64,000 nucleotides of DNA, from the NCBI GenBank assembly GCA_951406725.2, contig OX597820.1:52514001-52578000 (forward strand), written 5' to 3'. The DNA comes from Octopus vulgaris (Eukaryota). Within the stretch, counting starts at the first letter, position 1, and every line of letters starts with the position of its first letter. This document shows positions 50,301 through 63,790 of this stretch, piece by piece. The translations under genes and the position numbers were made by a program. The notes beneath the pieces were generated by a model. The model saw only the letters and a list, made by a program, of their open reading frames with translations. It was not told where the DNA came from and did no database searches.

Positions 50301-51494
50301 GACATGCAGGAAGTAAATAGACACCTATACTTTTCAAAATCTTTTATTTAATATGCAAAGTGAACAATTGGAATGTAATTGATAGGTAGGACTACATACT
50401 TTAGTATTCAGTTGACATTCCCTTTGCGGTTTTTAATTCAGAAACTCTTTTTGGCATTGAATTGCTGAACATTGTGATTGTCTCTTGTGGAATGTCTGTC
50501 CACTTTTCACGCAACAATCGAAACAATTCATCTTTAGATTTACGTTTCTGTCGAGTTTTTCGTATAGCTCTATCTAGTATGCTCCGAAAATTTTCAATTG
50601 GGTTCATAACAGGAGATTGGCTCGGCCAAGGAAGCTTTTTGATCCCATTTTCAGTCAGCCATTGTTGATTCCTTTTCGCTGTGTGGCATGAAGCCCCATC
50701 TTCCATGCATAAAAACTCATTTTTCATTATGTTATCGGAAGTAGTCCTTGCTTAAGTATTTCGATGTATTTTTCAGAGTTTATCGTTCCAACACATTCAA
50801 TCAGCTCAGAACGACCAGTACTGGTTACAGCTCCTCAAAACATTATAGAGATACCACCATGTTTCACAGTTGATTGGAGTCGTTTCAAATCAAATTCTGA
50901 CATCTCCTTAACCCATTTCTTTCTTTTCACGATAAGAAATAGTTTAAGGAGAGGTTTTCTTTTAGCTGCTTGTCCATAATACCCAAGCTTGTGCAGATAT
51001 GTAACACACGTTCTTGGATTAACCTCTAGTTGTTTTGCAATGTCAGAAGCCTTCGAACGGGATTCATTTTCCAGAATTCTCTTCAAACAGCCAAGCTTCC
51101 TCTCTGAGGATCCAGGTTGGCTGCGACGAGAATCTGTTGATTCTTTTCCTTGGCCTTTAAATTGTACTATAATTCTATTATTTCTTTGGCCTTTAAATTG
51201 TACTATAATTATATTAACAGTAGCAAGAGGAATTTGAACATTTTCGGCAATTTTTCGCTAAGTTCAACCTCAGATTGCCCAACAATACGACCACTTTGAA
51301 AATCTGACAGTTCTGCTGAATTTTTTGTGCGTGGCATGGGTACTCTTCGCAAATGTCTTACATAATGGCACTTGAAATGAAAAACAAAAAAAACAATAAT
51401 TACTTTGTAAATTCTACACCGCTGAAAACATTAAGACGCTTAGATCAGAAATTTTAGAAATTAAACGTGTCTATTTACTCCCTGCATGTGCATG
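50299..51494 (-). mobile_element. Defective Tc1 (DD34E) transposon, copy 2
   Basis: TIRs catgcaggaagtaaatagacac / gtgtctatttactccctgcatg match at 21/22 positions. The transposase pseudogene (50401-51337) has MEDGASCH, LPWPSQSPVMNPIEN and SMPKRV..GMSTEY*. There is a 36-bp tandem duplication at 51145-51216. Confidence 0.9.
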
Positions 51495-51544
51495 TATATA
51501 TATATGAGTTCATTGTTTAAACATCGCCAAGAAAATTATTTAAA

Positions 51545-51607
51545 CCACCTGATGAATGACTGCGACTCAAAAATTTGAAGACTGCAGGCAGGAAACGATC
51601 GTAGTGG
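51545..51607 (+). ncRNA. Type I hammerhead ribozyme motif (unrelated family)
   Basis: ccac-CTGATGA-a-tgactgc(...)gcaggca-g-GAAAC-gatc-GTA-gtgg. Stem I is ccac/gtgg, the core is intact, stem II pairs at 6/7, stem III is the palindrome ACGATCGT, and the triplet is GUA. Confidence 0.72.
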
Positions 51608-51997
51608 GATATTAATTATATTTTTTGATAATCTTGTTACATATTTAAATAATATAAATTAATCATATGTATATAGTCTTTCATTGTTTGATTTGCCTAA
51701 TAGTGGTTTTGTCTCTAATTTAATATAATATATATATATATATATCCTTATTCCGTACGATTAAATTTAGGATTTGATTAAGACTTTTTTTCCCTCTGTT
51801 GAATTCCAGCTGATCGGAAATAAACTGGAAAATCTCTTCGGTCAAGTAAAAGATGTGTGTTTTATTTGAATTTACGTGTGCATATATGTGCTTACGAACA
51901 TATGTGTCTACCTAGGGATAAACTTGCACCCATGTAGTGTGTGTGCATACTATAGTTGTACATGTGTGTAGTGGGGGAGTTTCATAACTCCTTATGA

Positions 51998-52061
<64 letters not shown>

Positions 52062-53149
52062 TTCCTTGTTTGTGTGTCTGTGTGTGCATGCGTGTGTGCA
52101 TGAGAGTGAGTGTGTGTGTGTATATGTTAGCTATCCATATGTATATGGATGCACACTTGTTCAGCTAGAAATCGCAAACGTGAAATCCCTGTAAATGTTT
52201 TTGCAAATATTCATGATACTTTTAAACGTTTGCATTTGGAAAATGAGAATCAATATATTTTGATTGGATTTAGAGAATCCTTAACATGTATATGTCTTTA
52301 TGTAGATCTAGTCTATATTCTTTTGCGTCTAAAATAACAGATACAAATGATCATTTAGAACCTGAATATAAGAACTCTAGGTGTTTCCTTCTCCTCAGCT
52401 TTTGAGAAGACGACTGATCTCTACAACCCTACACTGCTATTGTACTTTCTTCCTGTGGGAAGAAAGTTCATTATGCATACACCGATATACAGTTTAAATA
52501 TTGAATGTTCGACAAGTTTTCTGTATTTTGAAAGATATAGATACGTCCTTGATTTGGAATGCCTTTTGTATATCCATTATGACAATCTTTCCTACGTTTA
52601 GCATCGTAAACGGTTTGAAGGACAAGGCGATATATCATATCCCTGCGAGAAGACCGAGAGCCATCTTTATCTTAATAGATAAGATATTTAGTAGTTATTT
52701 CCTGTTCGTAGATAGCAAAATATAGCCTTATGTCCAGAAGAAACTACCTTTACTGTTCTAACGGAATGCTTCTAACGGAATATGAATCATTATATAACGT
52801 ATTGCTAGTGTGAGGAATATGTCACCTACAAGTCTCTTATTTTTGATTAGTTCAGTCAGGCAATTTTTTCTTAAATGGGGCTGTTCCTAAAGTCGGAGTA
52901 TTGCGCGACATTTCTTCTCCTTAAAATCATGATTTTATTACTTTCCCTGCTATGTATACCAGTAATGTACAATTTTTTCTCTACTTCTTAGTCGGGGTTA
53001 TGTACAAAAAACCTCGACACATGTATGTATAGATGCATGTATGTATGCATGTATTTATGTAAGCATTGATGTGTGTACATATACATATATTACGGAGATG
53101 TACTTGCATAGCAAGCAGCTTGACCTGAGATCGTATGCTGAAACAAAAA

Positions 53150-53321
53150 CAATTGCAGCGCGGAAGGTGTTTATAAGACATTTAAAATGCACATAAAAAC
53201 CGGTAGATTTTCGTCGCTTTGAAACCGCGACCTGTTCTCTGACAAAATTTTTTACTGCATGAATCTAACCGTTTTGTGCGTGTTTTTAAATGGCTTAGAA
53301 ACACCTTCCACGCTACAATTG
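53150..53321. repeat. Inverted repeat with ~60-bp arms and ~50-bp spacer
   Basis: caattgcagcgcggaaggtgtttataagacatttaaaa...gtagatt pairs with aatctaacc...ttttaaatggcttagaaacaccttccacgctacaattg. Confidence 0.8.
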
Positions 53322-54611
53322 TTCATATACATATATCTTTTCATAAATTGGGAACAGCTTTTCTTCCACACATATATTATATTGAAGAAATGATTAATTT
53401 CGTAATTAAGTTTTTATTATACATATAACATTATTATTATTATTATTGTAATTATTATTATTATTAATACTACTACTAATAATAATAATAATGATAATAA
53501 TAATAATAATAATAATTAATTAATTAATTAATTAATTAATTAAATATTTCCTTTATGTTTAATTCATAAATTTATCGTTCCTAAGCCCACTCAAGTTTTA
53601 ATAATCTCTAAATGAAACTGATATTACTAAATTATGTTACCCTTGCACTTTTCAGAAAAGTAGCAAGTAAAAATGTGAGGCTGGTACTGTGAAAGCATGT
53701 TAACTTTTCTTTTTAAGTAGTAGATTTCATCCATCAGCCGTTTTAACACAACAAACAGTTCCTCGGTTGACCTTAGTAGAGTTCATTCTGTTTCAAGCGT
53801 TCGGCTCAAATTCCCACTTTAAGGGTGCATTCCTATCTTCCTCCCACCAATCTTATAAGCTTTATAAAAGGTCACAATTACTGCTCTTTCCACCCGGTTA
53901 AATGGTAAAAAGTAACTTATAAGTTATGAATGCTTGATTTAAAATTCTATAACGCTTAACTCCTGGTAGATTTCTTGGTCTTTTACATACATGCTGTATC
54001 TCTTTATTTTTGGCTTCTGCATTTTATTTTGCTTTTAAAAAATCTCCGATATTCATATCTACTTCATAGATGATCATGCACTTAATTAATATTCTGTACG
54101 CTGTAATATATCAAAATAGCTTCTAATTCAGGCAGAAGGCCAACAGTTTTAATTATAAAATGATGGTCGATCCCATTAACAGGAGAACTTGGCTGGTACT
54201 TGTTTTTTATCGAGTTCTGTGGGATGAAAAGCAAAGTTAACTTGGGCGTGATCAGAACGTGTCAAAACAAATACGTGTCAAAACGAATGCGTTGTTTTCC
54301 GATATTTTAACGATTCTTTTATCTTACTAGAGTTGGTGTATTATTATATATGTGTGTATGTGCTCGATGGATTTGCATATATTTATCACTATATCTATCT
54401 TTACGTACAGCACCTTAATAATATAGGTGGGGTGCGGAAGCAGTTTCTCTGCTAATATCCCTTAATTAGTAGCACGATAAAGGTTAATCGCTAAAATAAC
54501 CGAACTTACAAAGAATTACAGGGCCGATATAAACTATCAAAAACATTTTAAATCATTGGCCCAGCACAGGGGCGATCTAATGACTCAAAGGTGTAGAAGA
54601 TTGAAAGCGTT

Positions 54612-54743
<132 letters not shown>

Positions 54744-55949
54744 GATACGCACACAAATGTTTCTGTATGTATAAGCGCTTGTGTCAGCGCGTACATGTGC
54801 TTGTATATATGTGTGGATGAGCCTATGGTGTATGCATGCTGTATGAAAGGAATGTATATCAGCAATAAAAAAAAAGGGCTACACGGAAGAAGTATTGAAG
54901 TGGGAGGAGAATTAAAAAGCAGAAACGAACAAAAAAAGAAGAAGAATGTTTACTCCAATCTACCTTTTATTGAAATATTTCCGCTGCAATAAATTAGAGC
55001 ATTTCCCGATGTTATTGCACTATCGAACATGATGATGATGAGGAAGGTGAAGCGGAAGGGGATGAAAAGAAAGGGGAGACAGATGCTGGAGCAAGATGAT
55101 CAAGATGACAACAATATTTTTCTGGATTTTTTTATATTGTCCCATATTTTTTCTTGCTATTTGTTTTCTTTCATTTTTTGTTTTGCTTTTTCCTTACTCA
55201 TCATCAACATCTTACTCTCCTTCTACAATAACAACAATCGCTACTGCTTATCTACTTGTTCATCATATTCAACGATTTAATATTATTTTGGTAACAGGGT
55301 GGTGCATTAACAGAATAGTTGGGGCATCCGACAAAATATCTTGCGATATTTCTTTTGGTCCTGCACTTTTTGTGTTCAAATCCTATCGATCGAGGTTAAC
55401 TTTACTTTTCATCATCTGGGTTTCAATAGAATAAATTACTAGTTAAATACAGAATCCACTGTAATCGACTAAACCATCCTTCTCCAATAGAGCCAGTTCC
55501 TCTTTCCTTTCTCTTCTCCCCATTTCATATTCCTCCACGTCAATTTGTTGGTTCAACAACATCGAGTAATTCTTCAAATTATTACAGTGAAAACTACTGG
55601 CTTTGTGCCTAAATTAGAAACAATTTAGGTCGATGGAATGGCAGATTATTTAGAGGGTTAGAAAATACCCCGCTACAAAGAGAATACAATTCCTGTCGGT
55701 TGCATAAGAAAGTTGTATATGGAAAACGAGAGAAAATGGGTTACACACTATTTTAGGATAGAGACAATGTTATACATACGTAATTAAACAAAATAATTAT
55801 ATCAATAAAGAAAGCAATTAAAACAGATTTATCTTAAAATAGAGATGAAATGCAAATAGGGTAACAAATTTATAAACGGGAAAGAAGCTAGCACTCCAGC
55901 TGGATCAGGGGTACCCAAAATTCTACGATCTTCCCGCTAATAGGCTTGT

Positions 55950-56940
55950 ATTATTGGGTTCAAAATGGTACGTTGAAAGGCATAGTCGACTTCGGCGGAA
56001 TTTGAACTGAGAACGTAGTGACAGGCGAAATATAGTGCTAGGCATTTTCTCCAGCACGCTAATGATTCTACCGGCTCGCCGTCTAAATAATAATAAAGTT
56101 CTGAACTTTGAGGAAGGGGACTAGTCGATTACATCGATCCAAGCACTTAGCTAGTACTTATTTTATCGACCCCGAAAGGACGAAAGGTAATGTCAACCTC
56201 GGAGGAATTCGAATTTAGAACATAGCAGCAGACAAAATACCTATTTCTTTATTACCCACAAGGGGCTAAACACAGAGGGGACAAACAAGGACAGACATAG
56301 GTATTAAGTCGATTACATCGACCCCAGTGCGTAACTGGTACTTGATTTATCGACCCCGAAAGGATGAAAGGCAAAGTCGACCTCGGCGGAATTCGAACTC
56401 ACAACGTAACGCAGACGAAATACCGCAACGCATTTCTCCCGTCGTGCTAACCATTCTGCCAGCTCGCAACCTCCCACCTTAATAATAATAATAATAATAA
56501 TAATCCTTTCTGCTGGAAGCACAAGGCCTCAAATTCGGGGGAAGGGATTATGTCGATTACATCGACACCAGTGCGTAACTGGAATTTATTTAATCGACTT
56601 CGAAAAGATTAAAAGTAAGATCACCCTTGGTGAAAATTGAACTCAGAACGTAGCGGCACCGAAATACCGCTAAGCATTTCGCCCGGCGTGCTAACGTTTC
56701 TGCCAGCTCACCTCCTTAATAATAATAAAGGTCTCAAATTTTGGCACAAGTCCAATAGGTTTGTGGGCGAGGTTAGTCGATTGCATCTACCGCAGTGTTC
56801 AATTGGTTCTTATTTTATCGACTCCGAAAGAATAAAAGGCAAAGATGACCTCGGTGGATTTTGAACTCAAAACTTATAGACGGACGAAATGCTGTTAAGC
56901 ATATTCTCAGGCAGGCTAAAGATTATGCCAGCTCACCGCT
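55950..56940 (-). mobile_element. Head-to-tail cluster of ~5 SINE family B copies
   Basis: Repeated tttatcgaccccgaaagga..aaaggcaaagtcgacctcggcggaattcgaactca units. Each ends at a gccagctc(g/a)c head, and several are separated by short (AAT)n. Confidence 0.85.
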
Positions 56941-56974
56941 TGCATAATAATGATATTTATAATAATATTTATAC

Positions 56975-57910
56975 TAGGTATACAGGAGTGCATCGACAGT
57001 GAAAGAAGAAATTTGATAGAGTATTTGGCAAACAGCGAGCAAGACCTGCCACAGAGTCCTGCGGGTGCAGAAGGATTTACCAATAATGAATTTGAGAGTG
57101 CTAATGAACTCTGATCACGCATAGCCAACGAGAGAGTGTAAACTCTACTCCGCGTGGAATTACATGGTTAATTCCGCTGCAAAACTAACCAGGAAGTATG
57201 ATGGATGTTGCTCAGCAAAGGTGACCTTAAACGAAGACATGAAAGCCTGATCATCGATGCCAGGACCGGGATCAGTGAAAAGGGATATATGCCACAGAAG
57301 TACAGCGAACCTCTGCAGGATGTGTTGGAAGGAGGTCGAAAGCGTTGCTCTCATCCTTAGCGCTTGTGAAAGACTTGCAGAAGACATAGACACAACAAGG
57401 TAGCCCTAAACCTTCACTGGCCACTGTGCTGGAAGTATGCATATGAGGTAACAGAATATTATTACCAACACACACAGGAAAAGGTTCTGGACGAACATCT
57501 GATGGCAAAGGTGCTCTGAAACTTATATTTCCAGATATACAAAATGTTAGAGCACCGAAAGCTGTATATAGTAGCCTTTATGAGGAACAAGCAAGAGTGC
57601 CCAATAAGTGAGGTGGTGATGCCTAAAGAACAACATATTGTCATAAAAGGAGAAACGGTCGACAAATGAAGAGACTTGAAAATTGAGATTGCCAAGATGT
57701 TGCAGCTGCAAGAGTTAAACATAAAGGTTGTTCCAGGTATCATCGGAGCATTGGATTCACTACCACTCAACTTGAAGAAATATTCGGAACTTTAAAAATG
57801 CCCTACTGCAAAACACGGCTTTACTTAGAAATGCACGCATACTGCTGTCTGTCTGAAGTCCTTGTTGTGACTTGATAGATAACACAAACTCCCGGGATAC
57901 ACAATGTCTT
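56975..57910 (+). mobile_element. Older R4/Dong-type RLE LINE 3' fragment (different subfamily)
   Basis: Remnants SKGDLKRRHESLII, CRMCWKEVESVALILSACERLA (degenerate CCHC knuckle), RHNKVALNLHWPLCWKY and RDLKIEIAKM..VPGIIGALDS. Several stops and frameshifts. Confidence 0.8.
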
Positions 57911-57974
57911 CAGTCTATAACATCACAATATTGAGTACTGAGTGACATCTTCCATAATAATAACTATAATGGAG

Positions 57975-58510
57975 TATCCCCTCGAAGCCGAGGTATAAAT
58001 GTTCAGCTTTTGCCGAACGCCCTGCACATGTGGCGATCAAATGATTGTGCTGTACATTACTGCCGCCATCAAACTGCCGTTGCCCGAACAGGTGCACGAT
58101 GTTCCACACGTCAGGTGTTGAAGTGATCGCAGAGCAACGTGACATGAAGTGTTTTGCTCACGAACACAACGCCCAGTCTATGAATCCAAACCACGATCAC
58201 GCGACCATGAGTGCAATACTCTGACCACTAGGCTATGCGTTCTCACAATAAGGCGAGTGGTCTAATGGTTTGGGTGTTGCACTCACGCTTGCTAGATCGT
58301 ACGTTCGATTCCTGGACCGAGCATCATGTGTTCTTAAGCAAAACATTTCATTTCCTATTTTGACATTTCACGTGTGGCATACTTGTGCATCTGTTCAGGT
58401 AATGTCTATTTGATGGAGAGAGTGATCTAATGTGCGACACATACATTTGATCACTATAAACAAATCATTTGTGCAGGTCGTTCGGCAAAAAGTTGAACGC
58501 TCAAACGTCG
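57975..58510. mobile_element. Head-to-head pair of related tRNA-derived SINEs (57975-58240 minus, 58250-58510 plus)
   Basis: Both have tRNA-like heads (tagcctagtggtcaga / tggtctaatggtttgg..gttcgattcc), the tgtgttc(g/t)t(g/a)agcaaaaca motif and the tail cgttcggcaaaa. Confidence 0.65.
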
Positions 58511-58528
58511 TCTAATAATAATAATAAT

Positions 58529-58663
58529 AGAGCGCTAGGATGCATATCGAATAATTTCAAGGACTGTGTAAATATAATCGGAATTGATGCAAAGTTACAG
58601 GCTTTGCAGCAGACAGCGTATCTTAGTATAGCAAGGATTTTAAGGAAAATTCTATTTATGTAG
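58529..58663 (+). mobile_element. Short R4/Dong-type C-terminal fragment after (AAT)n
   Basis: ALGCISNNFKDCVNIIGIDAKLQALQQTAYLSIARILRKIL* fits the GALG...LQK.ALL.TARILR terminus. Confidence 0.65.
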
Positions 58664-59988
58664 GGTACAGGAGAGAAAATAATAAGGGACTTTGTCAACT
58701 TAAGATAATATTTTACTGGCACTTTACTTTTTCAACCTTGAGAAAGATGGAAAGACAAAGCTAACCTCGGTGGAAGTCGGAGTTTTCAGAAGGTAAAGAG
58801 CTGGAGAAATTGATACAAGGCATTTTTTTTCAACGCACTAACAATTCAGAAACCTCACTGCCTTATTAATAAATATAACAATGGTAATAAGAAGAGTAAC
58901 AATATGAAGTAGAAAGACAGAAAGAAAGGAAGAAGAATAAGGAAAATATTTGATATCAAAGCAACATTTAGGATAATTCAATGACAAAGAGACAATAAGG
59001 ATTTACATATGCAATTTTAAACAATAAAACAATAACCATTAACAAAAGTATTGACAAAAACAAAGATAGAGTAAGTACTTCTTAGGGGCAACCTAGAAAA
59101 CTCGCTGATCCTGGATCACCTTGATATCCACAGATACCACAGGGAGCTGCCCCTCTCCAAAAAACGCAATCACGCTTACTTGAAACATTCTCATCACTTT
59201 CTTACATCGTCCAAGATCTAAATTTCTAACCTTTCAAATTTAGTGTGGGTAGCGAGAAATGCAACATCTTCCTTTCAACGTTCACTTTCCTTTCAGCGTT
59301 CACCTTCGTTATTACATGAAACTTTAAAAAGTCAATGAAGGCTTGGCCGAAAAGAAAAGAGTTTAAGGATACTGCCAATTTCACTCAGCTCAGAACTTCT
59401 TCCTACAGAGTCACCGAGGGGAGTGAAATTACTTGCTCTTCCCGGCCAGAGGTGGATGGTGAGACGTTATTCCCAAAAGTAGGTTTCGACCCACACGCAA
59501 TACTCTCTTTTCGAGGTAACTCCACAAGTCAGCAAAGCTATGGAATGATAATAAAATGTTGGCTAAAATGTATAAAGGATCATTTATATATATGAGTTAG
59601 TGATTACTTCAATCCCTGAGGGTTTCGATACAAAACGAATAATATGATGAATAGAGTTAAGTGAGTCGTGTGCTTCAGTGGAATTTGCACGCATGCAGGT
59701 TCAACTAATAGACACTATTATAGTAGCAGGAGAAACACAAACGAAAGAGACAGCACATTGGTGAGGCAAATGCTGCAGTGTGTTTGTGAGTGGCATCATA
59801 CCGAGTAACTGAGTCCTCTCTTTCTCTCTCCCTCTCTTTCTTTCCGCCTCTCTACTTGTGGTCAAAGATGTACGAGTATGGTACGTGTAGTAGTACATGC
59901 ATCAAAGAAGTGGAAACAATACTACATTGGCAACTTCGCTTTTGCTTTGTATACATAGACATATACATACGTACACGCAAATATATAA

Positions 59989-60024
<36 letters not shown>

Positions 60025-60067
60025 TGTAGGGATATGTGTATATACTATGTACACACACACACACATT

Positions 60068-60109
<42 letters not shown>

Positions 60110-62087
60110 CACACAAGCACATACCTATATATGTACATATAGAAATATATATTGAAACAGACAGAAGGTGTAATAGATATGTACGTCATATATATACGTA
60201 TGAGTATATACATATACATACATACATATGTGTGCATGAGAATGTATGTGTTTTTTCGTAGCAATTCGTTGATATCACAACGAATGAATTGCCATTGTCC
60301 ATTCTTTTAACTTCCTTGTATGTATGTATGTATGTATGTATGTATGTATGCATGTATGCATGTGTGTATGTATGTATGTATTATTACACACACAAATATA
60401 TGTATATATTCAAATCCCACCGAATCAACGATGCCTTTCATCCTTTCGGAGTTGATAGATATTATCAGACCATTTCGGAACAGCACTCTCTTTCTCCAGC
60501 TGACACATCCTGGATGTTTCGCTGGGCGGTAAGGCCGAAGGGATGTTTGTTTGCATCTACATACCCGCCCTAAAGCAATTAGCGAATGCAAGCAGCATGC
60601 TACGGAGTCATCTTTGATGGCGGGTGACGATCGTATTTTTTTATTTACTTATATACCTGTGTTCTTGTGTGCGTGCGTTAGTATATGTGTGCATGCACTC
60701 ATACAACATATATGTATGTATGTATGCATGCGTATATGTATAAAAGCATACATATGTGCATATGCCCCTATGTATGTGCGTATGTGTGTGCCTGTCTGTA
60801 TAACCACATTTTCATCTGCACAGACTGACCCAGAACGCAAATATTTTTGTCCAGTTACCACCATACATATACACACTCAATCACATTTATACATACATAC
60901 TCGCACACACATACACACACAAACTCATAGACAACTCCACCTACCCAATCAATGGTGTTTATTCAGTGTGACACAGAGTTGTACGACCAACAATAATTTA
61001 TCGAAACTTTCCTTAAATATTCAATGATATCGACAAGAAATTCTTCAACAGACCCTACATTCCTGTCCGTATGTGATCGTTCGTATGAGTTTGTGCGTAT
61101 GTTTGTGTGTTTGTGTCTCTCTATGCTTTTCTACATCTTTGTGTTTGTTTGTGAGAAAGTATGTGTACGAATGTTTGTTTGTGTATTTGTTTATGTGTGT
61201 TTTATCTTTGTCAGGAGAAGCAGTGCTGCAGAACAGTGCAAATTCCGCATCAAATGGACACTGCTTCTCTCCAGAACCAGAAATGAAATTACGCTCTATT
61301 GCTTTGAACATATATTATTTCTAGTGATTTATTATTATGGCACGGCATGATAATATAACAACATACAATCTAGGTATGGCAAACGAAGGTATTGGGGAGA
61401 GGAATTCCAGAAATGTAGTTTATGTTTTATTGTAGTTAGTTATAAACCTACTTGTTCTCAGTTCAAATATATCCGAAATCGATAACACAAAATAATAGCT
61501 GTCGTTGATGTTGTTCTTATTATTATTTAACCTCCATGGTCATCCTTGCTCTTACTGTTGAATGATCAAAGTAATATCAGTCGTAACCGTCCCATATTTC
61601 TCTATTTTTTAAGCATAATTCCCTCAGGAACACATTATTCCGAGTGTCCTCTTTGTGTGAAGATATTCGTGCATGATTTGAGGGATATATGAAAGCTTCT
61701 CTCACAAGATCGGCAACATAACTCATAGAAGACTTTGGTGAGTATTGCTATGCTGTTTACGACAATATGTAGCTTGGCCAATTGAGGTTGAGCTTGAAAA
61801 CATTTTGATGCTTCTCCTTTCGTTCAAAATATAAAATAAGTAAATTTATAAAGCATAGATTTCTCATGATTCCAGTTAATAATTTATTATTGCTAATTCA
61901 CTCTGAGCTCTCGAAAATCTATCGGCCCAACCGAGTTTGATTCTTGATAAAAACGAATTTATTGCACTATTTTTTTTTATTTCACGTGGAGATACTTTCA
62001 CATCGAGACCCTACAGATTCAACCAATCTAAAGTTAGGATTTTTTAAAATATAAAATTGAAATGTTATCTATATTTTTTTCATTTTA

Positions 62088-62500
62088 TAAGGCGGCGAGC
62101 TGGCAGAAACGTTACCTCGCCGGGCGAAATGCTTAGTGGTGTATCGTCTGCCGTTACGTTCTGAGTTCAAATTCCGCCGAGGTCGACTTTGCCTTTCATC
62201 CTTTCGGGGTCGATTAAATAAGTACCAGTTACGCACTGGGGTCTATATCGACTTAATCCGTTTGTCTGTCCTTGTTTGTCCTCTCTGTGTTTAGCCCCTT
62301 GTGGGTAGTAAAGAAATAGGTATTTCGTCTGTCATTACGTTCTGAGTTCAAATTCCGCCGAGGTCGACTTTGCCTTTCATCCTTTCGGGGTCGATAAATA
62401 CAGTACCAATTTCGCACTGGGGTCAATGTAAAAAACTTACTCCCTTTGCTTGTCCTTGTTTGTCCCCTCTATGTTTAGCCCCTTGTGGGCAGTAGAGAAT
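62088..62500 (+). mobile_element. SINE family B with a duplicated B-box/core/tail unit
   Basis: Head aaggcggcgagctggcagaaacg, then two tandem ~180-bp units gtatttcgtctg..gagttcaaattccgccgaggtcgactttgcctttcatcctttcggggtcga..tttagccccttgtggg. Confidence 0.9.
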
Positions 62501-63561
62501 ATATATTTTTTTCATTTTAATTGCAACGTGTAAGGAATGTGAAAACATGTTGTCCTTGTTTTTTTACATAGGGCAATAATGCGTGAAATAAAGTTAACGG
62601 TTTCAACTGGAATCAGTTACTGCTCCACTGTGAACTTACATATAATATTGATTTCGATTTTGGCACAAGGCCAGCGAGTTTGAGGAAGGAGTAAATCGAT
62701 TAAACGAACCTAGTGTTTAACTGGTACTTAATTTATCGACCTCGAAAGGTTGAAAGGCAAATTTGACCTCGCATATTAAGCATTATCTTTAATATAGACG
62801 CCAGCTTTGAACTTTGGTATAGCGAGCTGGAAAATGAATAGGCCCAAATCTATTTAATCCACCGACACAGCCGGAACAATGTGCTTGATTTGACTAGGGG
62901 TGCAAAATCAAAATGTAAAAACGGGAACAAATACTGTAAGTTATATGAAATACATTACAGGTTTAATGATTCTGCTAATCCACCACCTTATCTCAAATCA
63001 AGATTAAATTACAAAATCCTGAGGCATTCATGGAATATTTTTGAGCATATTGGGTGAGTGTTTATCAAATTATATTCAAAAACGCAAATATGGAGCTAGG
63101 ATAAACCAGCTTTTGGAATTGGTATTGCTTTGCCTCATCTCTAATTTCTAACCGCACAACGATCTCTCCGGGGCTTGTAAATTAAGGTTCAGTTTTATAC
63201 CAGGATTGATGCTGTTAATGATACTTTATAAATATTTAGCTTGTACTTCCACTTGAAAAAAGAAAAAAAAATTGTCACAAGTTACAAGATACCTGGTCAA
63301 ACCAAGACAGAGACATTGCATAGTAGAGTCAAACGTACAAAAAAAAACTGTGGGTGTTGTGGAGGTAAAAATATCCTTCTGAATAAATATACTTTATAAA
63401 GGTCAACCATCAAGGTTAAACATCCACGCAGATATAGAGAAAGGTGTGAATGTACTTTGAACGCATCTCTGCGGCTAATACTCTTTAGAAGATCCATTGC
63501 ATTTACAATATCCCAATTCTCTCACACGTAAACGTCTGTTCACAACATTTTTTTTATCTAT

Positions 63562-63790
63562 AAGGCGACGAGATAGATAGCAGATTCGTTAGCGTGCCGG
63601 GCAAAATAATCAACGGTATTTCGTCCGCCTTTAAGTTCTGAGTTCAAATTCTGCCGAGGTCAACTTTGCCTTTCATCCAATTGGGGGTTGATAAAATAAG
63701 TACCAGGTGAGCACCGGGGTGGGGGTCGATGTAATCGTCTTACCCCCGCCCCCAAAATTGCTGGTCTAGCGACAAAATTTTAAACCAATA
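63562..63790 (+). mobile_element. SINE family B
   Basis: aaggcgacgag..gttagcgtgccgggc..gagttcaaattctgccgaggtcaactttgcctttcatcc..gataaaataagtaccag. Confidence 0.85.

Noticed and set aside
55950-56940. Repeat-spacer-like periodicity (CRISPR-like)
   Set aside because: The units are ~200-bp diverged SINEs in eukaryotic DNA, with no short identical repeats or cas genes.
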